From a virus (Duplodnaviria > Caudoviricetes), in IMG/VR virus record IMGVR_UViG_3300033073_000736, positions 19,484-83,483 of that record: a stretch of 64,000 bases of DNA, one strand, 5' to 3'. A model generated the notes under the pieces. The model had not been told where the DNA came from and did not search any database. It saw only the letters and a program-made list of their open reading frames with translations. A program made the position numbers and the translations under genes. Of the stretch, positions 9,419 to 18,907 are shown piece by piece; within the stretch, counting starts at the first letter, position 1, and every line of letters starts with the position of its first letter.

Positions 9419-9835
9419 ATGAACAGTCAGACAACGACGAATGACAACGACATTCTGCTAGACATCCCTGAACACATCTGGCAACAATGTAAAGCGTATA
9501 AGGACTGTCCTGACGGCTGGCAATCTACGGTAAGAAAAGTGGAAGCTGTCCTGTTGGCCGAAGGGGCGGACATCCGGCAGATGAAAGAGAAGTTTGGTGG
9601 GTTGCGTGTCTATTGGGACTGGCCCGAAGAATGGAATGATTTGGAAGAAAGCACGTTCCACGACAAATGCGAACAGATTGAATGTCTGATTGATATTGCT
9701 GATTGGGTTTGTCAACGAACGTGTATGAAATGCGGTGAAGAAGGGGAAGTGAGGAAGAGTGGTTGGATTGCTGTTTTTTGTGACAAACACTATACTGAGT
9801 GGACAGAACGGGTTTACGGGAAGAAAGGACAATGA
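9419..9835 (+). CDS. conserved phage hypothetical protein
   Basis: QMKEKFGGLRVY...C..CG..G motif family. Confidence 0.7.
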   Translation: MNSQTTTNDNDILLDIPEHIWQQCKAYKDCPDGWQSTVRKVEAVLLAEGADIRQMKEKFGGLRVYWDWPEEWNDLEESTFHDKCEQIECLIDIADWVCQRTCMKCGEEGEVRKSGWIAVFCDKHYTEWTERVYGKKGQ

Positions 9836-10866
9836 TTAAAGTAAAAGGTAAGGGTGGAATTACAGCAAAGATTGTTGCTGACAGTGTATCATCTGTTTCT
9901 GGGGATCGTATTACAACGTTTGAACTTGAATATCATCGGTATGTCCATAGCGAATTGATGACGCATCGAATGTTCAGCCGTAATGCTGCGAGTAGTCGAG
10001 CCATTCCCGTAAAGAATATGCTTGAACTGGTTCGCAATTCTCCAGCAATGCCTATTCATTGGGGAAAAAATCAAGCGGGAATGCAGGCTAAGGAAGAGTG
10101 TGACAATGGCGTATGGAAATACCTTATTGTCGATCACTTTATGTATCCGAGAGAAGATGCTTGGATAATGGCCGCTGGTGGTTCTGTGCGAAATGCGGAA
10201 GAGTTTAATAATGCAGGTTATCACAAGCAGATTGTCAATCGCCTTGTTGAACCATTCCAGATGATTAAAGTGGTGGTGACAGCAACATCCTTTGATAATT
10301 TCTTCTGGCTTCGTTTCCATGAAGATGCTCAACCAGAGCTTGCTGAGTTGGCACGTTGTATGCTGGTGGCTTATAAGCGAAGTAAGCCGCAAGAGTTGAA
10401 TCCGGGTGACTGGCATCTCCCTTATTATGGAAATGGTTATTGGAAGAAAAGTCACCCCTTGAGTGATACTGACAGTCAGGCACAATTTGTAGAGGATGCC
10501 TTGAAAATTAGTGCCTCTTGTTGCGCCCAAGTGTCGTACCGTAAAAATAATGATAGTTTGGAAAAGGCTGAATCTGTGTGGGAACGCCTTGTTGCAAGTC
10601 AACCTGTACACGCCAGCCCAACAGAGCATCAGGCAACACCTATGAAGGATGCGGAGTGGGAATACAATTATTCTGGTTGCGATATGACTGACACACCTAA
10701 AGGGTACACGCACGTAGATAAAGACAACAAATTCTGGTCAAACAACTTCAAAGGTTGGATTCAACATCGTGCATTGATTGCAAATAACGTTTGCAACAGT
10801 TATGATTATTCACAGGACGTTGATGAGAATGGATTGGAAATTACAGATGAGGAAGAAAGTGTATGA
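9832..10866 (+). CDS. thyX: FAD-dependent thymidylate synthase
   Basis: THRMFSRNAASSR ThyX motif; HASPTEHQA. Confidence 0.92.
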   Translation: MIKVKGKGGITAKIVADSVSSVSGDRITTFELEYHRYVHSELMTHRMFSRNAASSRAIPVKNMLELVRNSPAMPIHWGKNQAGMQAKEECDNGVWKYLIVDHFMYPREDAWIMAAGGSVRNAEEFNNAGYHKQIVNRLVEPFQMIKVVVTATSFDNFFWLRFHEDAQPELAELARCMLVAYKRSKPQELNPGDWHLPYYGNGYWKKSHPLSDTDSQAQFVEDALKISASCCAQVSYRKNNDSLEKAESVWERLVASQPVHASPTEHQATPMKDAEWEYNYSGCDMTDTPKGYTHVDKDNKFWSNNFKGWIQHRALIANNVCNSYDYSQDVDENGLEITDEEESV

Positions 10867-11228
10867 CACAACTTGTAAGCTATAAAAACATCAGCATGTC
10901 TGACTTAATCCGGTGTCCCGGTTTTGATGGAACAGAGGAAAAGATTAAGGAATTGCTGTTTCAACTTGGTGTAGACACACAATTCCCCGTAGATTGTGAA
11001 GTGGTTACTCATCGCAACATGCAGAACCAAGTGGTAACTTGTGAATACTATATGGGGCGGGAACGTACTGATAAAGCGTATATTCGTTCAGGACATGCCA
11101 GTATTGAAGCCCTTTATGCCAGTAAGCCAGATATTGCACAGGACTTGATTAAGATGAGTCGGCAAGGTATTGGTGAACGTGTGTTCAAGAAGAATGAAAG
11201 CAATAAGAAAAGTGGTGATGAGGAATGA
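10863..11228 (+). CDS. hypothetical protein between thyX and nrdA
   Basis: Coupled ORF. Confidence 0.65.
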   Translation: MTQLVSYKNISMSDLIRCPGFDGTEEKIKELLFQLGVDTQFPVDCEVVTHRNMQNQVVTCEYYMGRERTDKAYIRSGHASIEALYASKPDIAQDLIKMSRQGIGERVFKKNESNKKSGDEE

Positions 11229-13920
11229 CTGAGAAGATTGAGGAACGGAACGGAATCATTATTGATTATAGTCGTGACAAGTTGTTGCCTGAGAAGGGAT
11301 TGGCAATGCTTACAGCCAAGGGGTTTTACAAGAAGGACAATGAAGATTCCCCCCAACAATCTTTTGCACGAGCAGCAACGTGCTATTGTTTTGGGGATTA
11401 TGAGTTTGCTCAACGTATCTATGATGCCGCAAGCAAGCACTGGTTCACGTTTGCATCTCCTGTTCTCAGCAATGCTGTAGATGTAGAGTGGCCTACATTT
11501 ACTGAAGATGAATGGCTGGATGCAGCAAGTTGGCTACAACGGAATGTCGAGCCTGACGGTATGCCCATTTCTTGCTTCCTTGTGAAGATTCCTGACAACA
11601 AGAAGGGAATTGTCGAAGCACGAACTGAAACTGCTTGGTTGTCGATGATGGGCGGCGGGGTGGGTGTCTATGCCGCCAATCGCTCACCGGATGAGAAGAG
11701 TACGGGCGTGATGTCACATCTTCGTGGATATGATGCTGACACTCTCTCTTATCGTCAGACTGCCAGTCGTCGAGGAAGTATTGCAGCCTATGCAGATATT
11801 ACGCACCCTGAGATTCAATCGTTTATTCAGATGCGTAATCCCGTAGGCGGGGATGTAAACAAGAAGTGCTTCAATCTGAACAATGCTGTCAATCTCCCAG
11901 ATAGCTTCATGGAAGCAGTTATCAATGAACAAGATTACGAACTGGTTGATCCTAAGCATGGGCCGACAGGACGTAAACTGAACGCATCCAAGATGTTTGA
12001 AGAAGTGCTGGAAATGCGCTTTGAAACAGGTGAACCGTATCTGCATTTTGTAGATACAAGTAATCGCTGCAAGCCGAAGCAGATTACCAATCCGTTGTAC
12101 AAGGTGGAGCAAAGCAACTTGTGTTAATTTCTAGCACCCTGATACAGTAATGTATCTTGAAAACTTTCCTAAAAACGGTGAAACTCTCTAGTAGACAATA
12201 CCGTGCTATCTCGATATGAGGTGTGTAACGACTATGGACAAGAAACAACTTTACAAACTTATCTCAGCTTTTTCTATGGCAGACGGGGGTCTTTACCGTA
12301 GAAAAGAAAATCATAACGCTTATTTTGCAATGAATATGCTGACTTGCCACAATGATTACATTGATTGGGTAAAAAGCGTGTTTGAGAACTTAGTGCATGT
12401 CAACAAAACAAAAGTTCAAAACCCTTGCAAAAGGCCACAGACCAACATAAACACAAAGACGCATCCAGCACTTACAAGCATCCACGGAAGGATTTATCGG
12501 GATGGATATAAAGGGCTTGATGAACACTGGATACACTGCATTGATTGGGAAATATTGGCAATATTTTACATGGCGGACGGGTGTCTGGCAGTTGAACAGC
12601 CCAATACTAAAAAGGGACTAATCAACCCATCTCCGAGCGTGTCATTAAATATGAAACGACTTAGTTACGGGGATACATGGTTTCTCAAAAAGTGTATTAA
12701 AGACAATCTGGATGTGGAATTTAATATTGGAACTCAGAATTACAAAGGCAAGACATATTACTTTCTTCGCTTGCGTAATAAAGATATAGATAAGTTTATG
12801 GAAGGGATCAGACCCCACGTTGTTCCTTCCTTCCGGCATAAGTTGTATGATTCCGAACGGAAAGCCCCGGTGGCTGAAAGACCGGGTGATGATATAGTCT
12901 GAACTGCATAGCGATATGCAGAGGTGGGAGGAAACTGCCCACCCCCGTTTTTACGGAGTAACAAAATTGAGTGAAATAACACTGATGACTTCCGACAAGC
13001 GCACAGCCGTTTGTTGCTTGTCCTCTCTCAATCTTGAGAAGTATGATGAGTGGAAAGACAGCGGATTGGTGAAAGACCTTGTACGATTGCTTGATAACGT
13101 ACTGGAATACTTCATCCGTCTTGCACCGCCTGTTTTGAGTAAGGCTGTTTACTCAGCAAGTATGGAACGTAGCATTGGGATTGGAACGCTTGGTTGGCAC
13201 AGTTACTTGCAAAAGAACATGATTCCTTTTGAAAGTGGTGGATTTGGTAGTGCTGCACAACACACAAATATCTTGTATTCCAAGATTAAGAGTGAGGCAG
13301 AAGAAGCCGGTAAGGAACTTGCTGTAACTCGTGGCGAGGCTCCAGATTGTGCAGGTAGTGGGTATCGCAATGCTCATTTGCTGGCTATTGCTCCGAACGC
13401 ATCTTCAGCAGATATTATCGGTGTTTCACCAAGCATCGAGCCTTGGGCAGGGAACGCTTTCAATAATCAAGGACGGGCAGGAAGTTTTCTAATCAGGAAT
13501 AAGTACCTTGAAAAAGAACTTGACAAGGTAGGGCTTAATACCAAGGAAACATGGGATAGCATTATTGCTAATGATGGAAGTTGTCAGCATATTGATGAGT
13601 TGAGCGAAGATGTTAAGAAAGTGTTCAAGACAGCACGAGAGATTAATCCTATGTGGATTATTGAACTTGCATCCATCCGCCAACAATACATCTGCCAGAG
13701 CCAAAGCGTGAATATCTTTGTCCCTGAAGATATTACAATGCAAGAGATGGCTGACATCCATATTGCAGCTTGGAAGAAGGGGTTGAAGTCGCTGTACTAC
13801 TGTCGTGCCAAGGCTGCCGGAAAGGTGAACATTGGTACAGGTGGGGAAACGCCGCTAAACAGCATTCCAGTCCGTCAGAAGATTGAATGGGCTGGTGAGT
13901 GTTTGTCTTGTCAGGGTTAA
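11225..13920 (+). CDS. nrdA: class Ia ribonucleotide reductase alpha subunit, spliced (exons 11225-12124 and 12970-13920; ~616 aa)
   Basis: SPVLSN, PISCF, GGGVG; splicing restores QSNLC|SEITL; AVCCLSS, AIAPNASS, QSQSVN, SLYY, terminal CLSCQG. Confidence 0.95.
12125..12969 (+). mobile_element. group I intron (IA2-like) in nrdA
   Basis: 5' site after U with P1 GUGU/GCAC; P AAAACGGTGAA, Q CAATACCGTG, R AACGACTA, P3 CTTTCC/GGAAAG, S GATATAGTC, P9 hairpins, terminal G 12969. Confidence 0.93.
12234..12902 (+). CDS. intron-encoded two-motif LAGLIDADG homing endonuclease
   Basis: LISAFSMADGG and ILAIFYMADGC; ATG lies in the P7 strand, GAGGTG RBS. Confidence 0.85.
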   Translation: MDKKQLYKLISAFSMADGGLYRRKENHNAYFAMNMLTCHNDYIDWVKSVFENLVHVNKTKVQNPCKRPQTNINTKTHPALTSIHGRIYRDGYKGLDEHWIHCIDWEILAIFYMADGCLAVEQPNTKKGLINPSPSVSLNMKRLSYGDTWFLKKCIKDNLDVEFNIGTQNYKGKTYYFLRLRNKDIDKFMEGIRPHVVPSFRHKLYDSERKAPVAERPGDDIV

Positions 13921-13938
13921 ACAAAAAGGAGAATGTAA

Positions 13939-14931
13939 TTGTCAGTATTTAAGGAAAGTACGTCCTACCGCCCATTTGTCTATCCTTGGGCTGTAGAGAT
14001 GTCAAAGAAACATGCAATTGAAATGTTCTGGGATGTCCACCAAATTGAGTTGCAGGATGACTTGCGGCAATACAATAGCAAGGATGGGCTGAAGACAAAA
14101 GATGTATCCCACGAAACCAATAAGTACATCATTGACCAACTTCTGTGCGTCTTCACAGAGATGGACAAGACCGTTGCCGGTGGATATACACAGTTGTTGC
14201 CGTATGTCAAGAACAATGAGGCCCGAACATGGTTTCTCACAGTTGCTCAAAGAGAGACAGTACATCAACGCGGATATGCTATCCTTGCTGAAACATTTGG
14301 CTTTACGGATAAGGATTGGTCAAGGTTTAGCGAGTACGCAGAAATGCGCGATAAACTGGAAGCGATGACAGCCTCTCAATTGAAAGGACGAGACGAGTAC
14401 AAGGCTGCTGTCATCCTATCCACTATCTTACTTGGTGAGGGGATTGGATTGTTCGGGGCATTTGCTGTACTGCTTAATTTCAAGCGGCAAGGGAAGCTGA
14501 TGGGTTTTAATGATGTAAATCAGTGGAGCCTCCTCGACGAACAAGAACATGTTACAGGTAATATCAAGTTCTTGAACGAAATGCGTAAAGACTTGACTGA
14601 AGCTGAAAACTGGTCACTTGATTGTCTAATCAAGGATGTTATAAAGAAGTATGAAGATGCTGAACACCGTTTCCTAGACTTGGTGTATGCTATTGGAAGT
14701 CAGCAAGACTTGGATATTGAAGATGTAAAGAAGTATATCACTTACCTTGGCAAACTTCGTCTTTTCCAACTCGGACTCCTCTCTCTTGAGGAAGTGCCTA
14801 ACAATCCTCTTGATTGGATGGACTGGATGTTGACAGCCTCCAGACATGATGCTTTCTTTGAGAAACGTGTTACTGACTATTCTCATCGTAAGCTTGAGGG
14901 AAAGGTGGATTACGCCAAGTATAGGCAATAA
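13939..14931 (+). CDS. nrdB: ribonucleotide reductase beta subunit
   Basis: TTG start after AGGAG; YRPF.YPW, E.VHQRGY, GEG..LFGAF, DEQEH, FFEKRVTDY. Confidence 0.93.
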   Translation: MSVFKESTSYRPFVYPWAVEMSKKHAIEMFWDVHQIELQDDLRQYNSKDGLKTKDVSHETNKYIIDQLLCVFTEMDKTVAGGYTQLLPYVKNNEARTWFLTVAQRETVHQRGYAILAETFGFTDKDWSRFSEYAEMRDKLEAMTASQLKGRDEYKAAVILSTILLGEGIGLFGAFAVLLNFKRQGKLMGFNDVNQWSLLDEQEHVTGNIKFLNEMRKDLTEAENWSLDCLIKDVIKKYEDAEHRFLDLVYAIGSQQDLDIEDVKKYITYLGKLRLFQLGLLSLEEVPNNPLDWMDWMLTASRHDAFFEKRVTDYSHRKLEGKVDYAKYRQ

Positions 14932-14948
14932 TCTTCAACAAATAATTG

Positions 14949-14977
14949 TTGACATGCACAAGGAAGTGCATTAACAT
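14949..14977 (+). promoter_or_regulatory. sigma70 promoter with inverted repeat in the spacer
   Basis: TTGACA-17-TAACAT; ATGCAC...GTGCAT. Confidence 0.75.
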
Positions 14978-15015
14978 TCAATTCAACAAGACAACTTACA
15001 GTGTGGAGAACGAAG

Positions 15016-15561
15016 ATGAGCAAGTTTAAGGTTGGTGATAAGGTGAGGCGGGTTGTTAAAGATTATGACTCGCAAATGAAGGTTGGACATGAAGGGGTGG
15101 TTACTGGCGTATCAAATAATGGTCGCTGGATGAGCGTAGATTATTTTGCTACCGAAATTGACCCTTTTCCACTGAACGTTGATACTTTTGAACTTATTGA
15201 GGAACCTAAAATGACTCAGCAATTCAAAGCAATAAAAATCCGTATCAAAGATGAACAGCATTCTCGCCTTGTGCAAGAAACGTTGTTTGAGATGGGGTAT
15301 GGTTGGCCTAATAAACAAGTAGGCTATACTTCTTCTCCTTGGTTGACGACTTATGAGGATGGTCGTCTCTATTATGGAGAAGAGATGATTACCTTTGATT
15401 CCCATGAAAATGAAGAGGTGGAAATTGTCACCACCTATTCTTTCAAGCCTGTTGACCAAGAAGTTTTACGTAAACGTAAAGAAAAGGAAGCCTTGGAGAA
15501 AAACGTTGCTGAAATGCAAAAGCAACTTGACGAAATTAAGCAGAAACTGGAGAATATGTGA
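15016..15561 (+). CDS. hypothetical protein with SH3-like N-terminus and coiled-coil C-terminus
   Basis: MSKFKVGDKVRR; GGAG RBS. Confidence 0.65.
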   Translation: MSKFKVGDKVRRVVKDYDSQMKVGHEGVVTGVSNNGRWMSVDYFATEIDPFPLNVDTFELIEEPKMTQQFKAIKIRIKDEQHSRLVQETLFEMGYGWPNKQVGYTSSPWLTTYEDGRLYYGEEMITFDSHENEEVEIVTTYSFKPVDQEVLRKRKEKEALEKNVAEMQKQLDEIKQKLENM

Positions 15562-15716
15562 TGAATATTTTTCTTCCGCTGATGAGTGGAGTGATTGCAG
15601 GGGCTACACTTAGTACGCTTAATGTGTATCCCAATAGTTGGCAATGGTGGGTACTATCACTGCTGCCTAATGTTTTCGGTATAGCATGTTATTATGACCA
15701 AACAAGAAATAATTGA
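15561..15716 (+). CDS. small membrane protein
   Basis: MNIFLPLMSGVIAG...SWQWWVLSLL. Confidence 0.5.
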   Translation: MNIFLPLMSGVIAGATLSTLNVYPNSWQWWVLSLLPNVFGIACYYDQTRNN

Positions 15717-15987
15717 CTACCTTGTTAGCCACGGATGGCAACTGTCTCAGACAGGGAATCCTTATGTCTATTTACAAGGGAAGACACGTTATGGCTTTCC
15801 AACACTGGATAAATACACAGTGACGTTCAATCGTGCTGCTGTGGAAGTGAGGAAAGAAGATACCTCTATTGAGGCTACAAACACCAATTGGGCTATTCGC
15901 AATCCAGTGGTTGCAAAGAGCAAGTTGTTGGGTGTACAATTGCGGGAAGATGGGACAATTTGTATTGACGGGATTGTTATTAAATAA
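15694..15987 (+). CDS. hypothetical protein
   Basis: Coupled ORF. Confidence 0.55.
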   Translation: MTKQEIIDYLVSHGWQLSQTGNPYVYLQGKTRYGFPTLDKYTVTFNRAAVEVRKEDTSIEATNTNWAIRNPVVAKSKLLGVQLREDGTICIDGIVIK

Positions 15988-16002
15988 CAGAGGAAAACTG
16001 AA

Positions 16003-16206
16003 ATGGTAGATATTATTTTCTTGACGGGATGCAGTATTGTTTGCTACATTGTGGGATATGCTCTTGTAACGCATTGCAAGAACAAGTGGGTTGCCTTTTG
16101 CTGTGCTATTCTGTTCGGCACAGTATTTGGTGTGGCGGCGGGTGAGATTGTCTATAACAAGCCAATCGAGCAAGCTGAAAATGAAGTGAACAGTGGAGAA
16201 TACTAG
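16003..16206 (+). CDS. small two-TM membrane protein
   Basis: GAGG RBS, two hydrophobic segments. Confidence 0.55.
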   Translation: MVDIIFLTGCSIVCYIVGYALVTHCKNKWVAFCCAILFGTVFGVAAGEIVYNKPIEQAENEVNSGEY

Positions 16207-16217
16207 GAAAGAAGAAA

Positions 16218-16331
16218 ATGATTTCTGTAGAAGTGGTGAAGAATGCCGTAAGTCTTGGAGCAACACTTGTTATGCTTGGTCTGATGATTTGGTTCTTCTT
16301 CAATGACAACAACACACCGAAGAACCCGTAA
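16218..16331 (+). CDS. small membrane protein (37 aa)
   Basis: MISVEVVKNAVSLGATLVMLGLMIWFFF. Confidence 0.45.
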   Translation: MISVEVVKNAVSLGATLVMLGLMIWFFFNDNNTPKNP

Positions 16332-16348
16332 TGTCCGTGACACAATAA

Positions 16349-16364
16349 GAGGCGTCCATGCCCC
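16349..16364 (-). terminator. terminator at end of late/lysis operon
   Basis: GGGGC-ATGGAC-GCCTC then TTATT on - strand; same loop type as 32000-32015. Confidence 0.55.
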
Positions 16365-16393
16365 GAATAAAGCTATAGCCAAATAATGCAATG

Positions 16394-16801
16394 TTATTTG
16401 GCTGCTTTGCTATTCCCGCTTTCCAGTTGTATTTCCATCCTACCAATCCTCTCCCCGTGCTGTTCAAGCAAAGTGAGTTTCTCCTTGATAATGAATACAG
16501 CCAACCCTTGCCCCATCGCTAAACAGAATGTCCCCACTGCAAAAGCCCCTTTCAACCAACCAAGTGTTGTGTTCATCTGGTCTTTAGTATGCTTGAACTC
16601 CTTAACCAGTGCTTCGTGAGACTCGCTGAGGTGGTCTTGCTTCTGTTGGTAGGCGATGAACTTACTCAGTATCTCCGTCTGTTTATCAAGGGCCGAATGC
16701 ACTCCTTGCATTGTCGTATTCAGACCATCCAACTTTACATTGATAACAGCTACATTCTGTTCTATGAGGTTGATCCTTTGTTCTTCATTTTGACTGGTCA
16801 T
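16394..16801 (-). CDS. coiled-coil + single-TM lysis-associated protein
   Basis: Heptad N-terminus, TM GAFAVGTFCLAMGQGLAVFII; start overlaps holin stop. Confidence 0.6.
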   Translation of the reverse strand: MTSQNEEQRINLIEQNVAVINVKLDGLNTTMQGVHSALDKQTEILSKFIAYQQKQDHLSESHEALVKEFKHTKDQMNTTLGWLKGAFAVGTFCLAMGQGLAVFIIKEKLTLLEQHGERIGRMEIQLESGNSKAAK

Positions 16802-17084
16802 TTTGTTCTGTCCTTTTTGTTGCAATATACGCAGCACTACTTCCAGTAACAAGCATACCAATTACGAGGAGGATGGTGTTTGTCAGTGTAGAATATACAA
16901 ACTGAAACTGTACAGCACTAACACCAATAGAAAGGCCAACGACTATTCCCAACATAACTAACGCCACAGCAGCAGCAACAAAAATACCAGTCATATAACC
17001 AAGACGTTTGGTAGACGGCATTCCACTCTTTCCATCTGACATGGCCTTCTGTAGCCATTCATTCCATCTAAGATATTGCCACAT
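16785..17084 (-). CDS. putative holin (2 TM)
   Basis: Two long hydrophobic segments directly downstream of endolysin. Confidence 0.6.
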   Translation of the reverse strand: MWQYLRWNEWLQKAMSDGKSGMPSTKRLGYMTGIFVAAAVALVMLGIVVGLSIGVSAVQFQFVYSTLTNTILLVIGMLVTGSSAAYIATKRTEQNDQSK

Positions 17085-17085
17085 T

Positions 17086-17721
17086 TTATGTCTCCTTCTT
17101 GGTCAGTATTTCCATTGCTGCTTTCCTGCCTTTCTCTCTTTCCTCGTGTCCCATGCCGGAAGGGCCATTGATGGCTTTGGTCACACCCCACCAATCGTTC
17201 TTGTCAACTAAAGCATTAATCTTCCTGCTATCCCAATACCAACAGGCTGACAATACAGCATACCACCCTTCTTCAAGGAACTCAGGATGCTGAACAACAT
17301 CCACACCTGTTGCTTTATAGAAAGCAATGTAATTGTCCTTGAAAGTTAGGTGACACCCCCCTCTCCCTCTGTATCGCCACCCATCCCCGCTTGCTTCATC
17401 CCCATTCCCATACCTATTGGCATAGACACGATTAGCAATGTTGATAGGCTTATTGACATACATCTTGGCAAGATAGAGAGTGGGGAATCGACTTGGAAAC
17501 ACCCTCATAAGCCGCTCAGGAGAGGTGTAATTGGTGTTCTCAACCAGCCTAGTCCATCCCATTGTCTCGTGTCCGAACTGGCCTAGAAACGTCGCTAAAC
17601 GAGGGATGGAGGCATTGATGCCGTACTTAGGGAGGAGTTGATTGATGGCATTGACGTATTCCTTTACGTTCTTGCATTTGGGGAATAAGGAGCGCATCTG
17701 CTGTTCTGTTATTTGAATCAC
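17086..17721 (-). CDS. endolysin, glycoside hydrolase family 19
   Basis: FLGQFGHET, ENTNY, DGWRYRGRG..HLTFKDNY, TKAING. Confidence 0.92.
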   Translation of the reverse strand: MIQITEQQMRSLFPKCKNVKEYVNAINQLLPKYGINASIPRLATFLGQFGHETMGWTRLVENTNYTSPERLMRVFPSRFPTLYLAKMYVNKPINIANRVYANRYGNGDEASGDGWRYRGRGGCHLTFKDNYIAFYKATGVDVVQHPEFLEEGWYAVLSACWYWDSRKINALVDKNDWWGVTKAINGPSGMGHEEREKGRKAAMEILTKKET

Positions 17722-17742
17722 TTATGCCTCCTTCTGTTTGGC

Positions 17743-18867
17743 TCAGATTTTAATAATGTACATCATAGCTACGTTACGTGGGCGGGTTTCAGTTCCACCA
17801 GTAGAAGATGTATAGTTGTACAATGGGTCAAACAATGCGGTAGCGTTCACTTGGTCACGACCATCAACACCCTTGGTTCCAATACCGGGTGAACCACTCA
17901 CAGGATTCATGTTCAAATTGTGGCTGTGAGATTTAATCTCTTCGTCCTGATTACTGCCACTGGCACGACCGGGGTCTACACCTCTACCATGATCCCATCC
18001 ACGAAGAAACTCGCCACGCATGTCAGGAAGGTTGAACGTACTGATTCCGTCCCCAATCCCGTAGGTTGTTGAGATAACCGAGAACAATGTCGAGTATGTT
18101 GTCCGACTGACAGCCGATCCATTACACTCAAGCCATCCAGTTGGTGCAGATGTCCCTGCAAAGGCCATTACGCATCCAGAAGGTGTATAGTTGGACGCCA
18201 TCAACTTCTTCGGCGTAACGACAGTTACATCGCTAACACCAGCATTTGTTTCAGCTTGAGTTGCAATCTCAGCAATCCCTGCTGTTGTTTCATTAGCTTG
18301 TCCAGTGCGTGCATCCACATAACTCTTACGGGCAGCATGATTGGCACTTGACGGGCTGCCTACCAAAAATGTTTGACTGCTATTCCCGGCAATGGGGGCA
18401 AATGTCGCATCACACTGAGCAATGGAATAGACAGACAGGTTAGCCCGAGCAGTTGTAACATTGCTCAAACTAGCCAATGTGCCGTAATTGGTAATGTGAT
18501 TTGACAACGCAGTGTTCACTGTAGCAGCACTACCATAAGAATCAAATGCCCTTTCCCAATATGCAGTTTCGGTAGACGGGTTCTTGTTTGTACCTGTCTG
18601 AATTGACTTGTACACAACCCCGTTGTATTGGACATAAGAAGCGTACCCAGAAGCATATTGATACTCGGTATTACCGTCCCACTCTGGTACGCCCATCTGG
18701 AACGTGTAATAGATACCAGTGTCTTGTCTATTCTGAAGCCAGTTCATATATTCAAATGCTGGTTTTTCGGCAGTCCACCCCTGTTGCTTCTTTCCGTCTG
18801 TAGGTGTACTCACCGTTCCTGTTTGCGCCCACTGGATGCTAAGATCGGGTTTTGTAATTTTACTCAT
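17743..18867 (-). CDS. tail fibre protein with tail-collar domain
   Basis: N-terminal attachment domain; GCVMAFAG..AP.GWL.CNG.AVSRTTY..LF..I..TYG.GDG..TFNLPDMRGEFLRG; ETRPRNVA. Confidence 0.88.
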   Translation of the reverse strand: MSKITKPDLSIQWAQTGTVSTPTDGKKQQGWTAEKPAFEYMNWLQNRQDTGIYYTFQMGVPEWDGNTEYQYASGYASYVQYNGVVYKSIQTGTNKNPSTETAYWERAFDSYGSAATVNTALSNHITNYGTLASLSNVTTARANLSVYSIAQCDATFAPIAGNSSQTFLVGSPSSANHAARKSYVDARTGQANETTAGIAEIATQAETNAGVSDVTVVTPKKLMASNYTPSGCVMAFAGTSAPTGWLECNGSAVSRTTYSTLFSVISTTYGIGDGISTFNLPDMRGEFLRGWDHGRGVDPGRASGSNQDEEIKSHSHNLNMNPVSGSPGIGTKGVDGRDQVNATALFDPLYNYTSSTGGTETRPRNVAMMYIIKI

Positions 18868-18907
18868 TTGATTATCTTCCTTTTTGTATTCTCACTTTCC
18901 CAATTTG

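Noticed and set aside
10349-10366. sigma54-like box TGGCACGTTGTATGCT in thyX (and TGGCACAGGACTTGCA near 50535)
   Set aside because: Isolated matches inside coding sequence, consistent with chance; they are the background against which the 63.2-63.6 kb cluster should be tested
12916-12969. ORF-track start for a separate NrdA C-terminal protein (MQRWEET...)
   Set aside because: These codons are intron P9 hairpins; the true exon begins at 12970. An Aeh1-style split nrdA is unnecessary because a complete intron core is present
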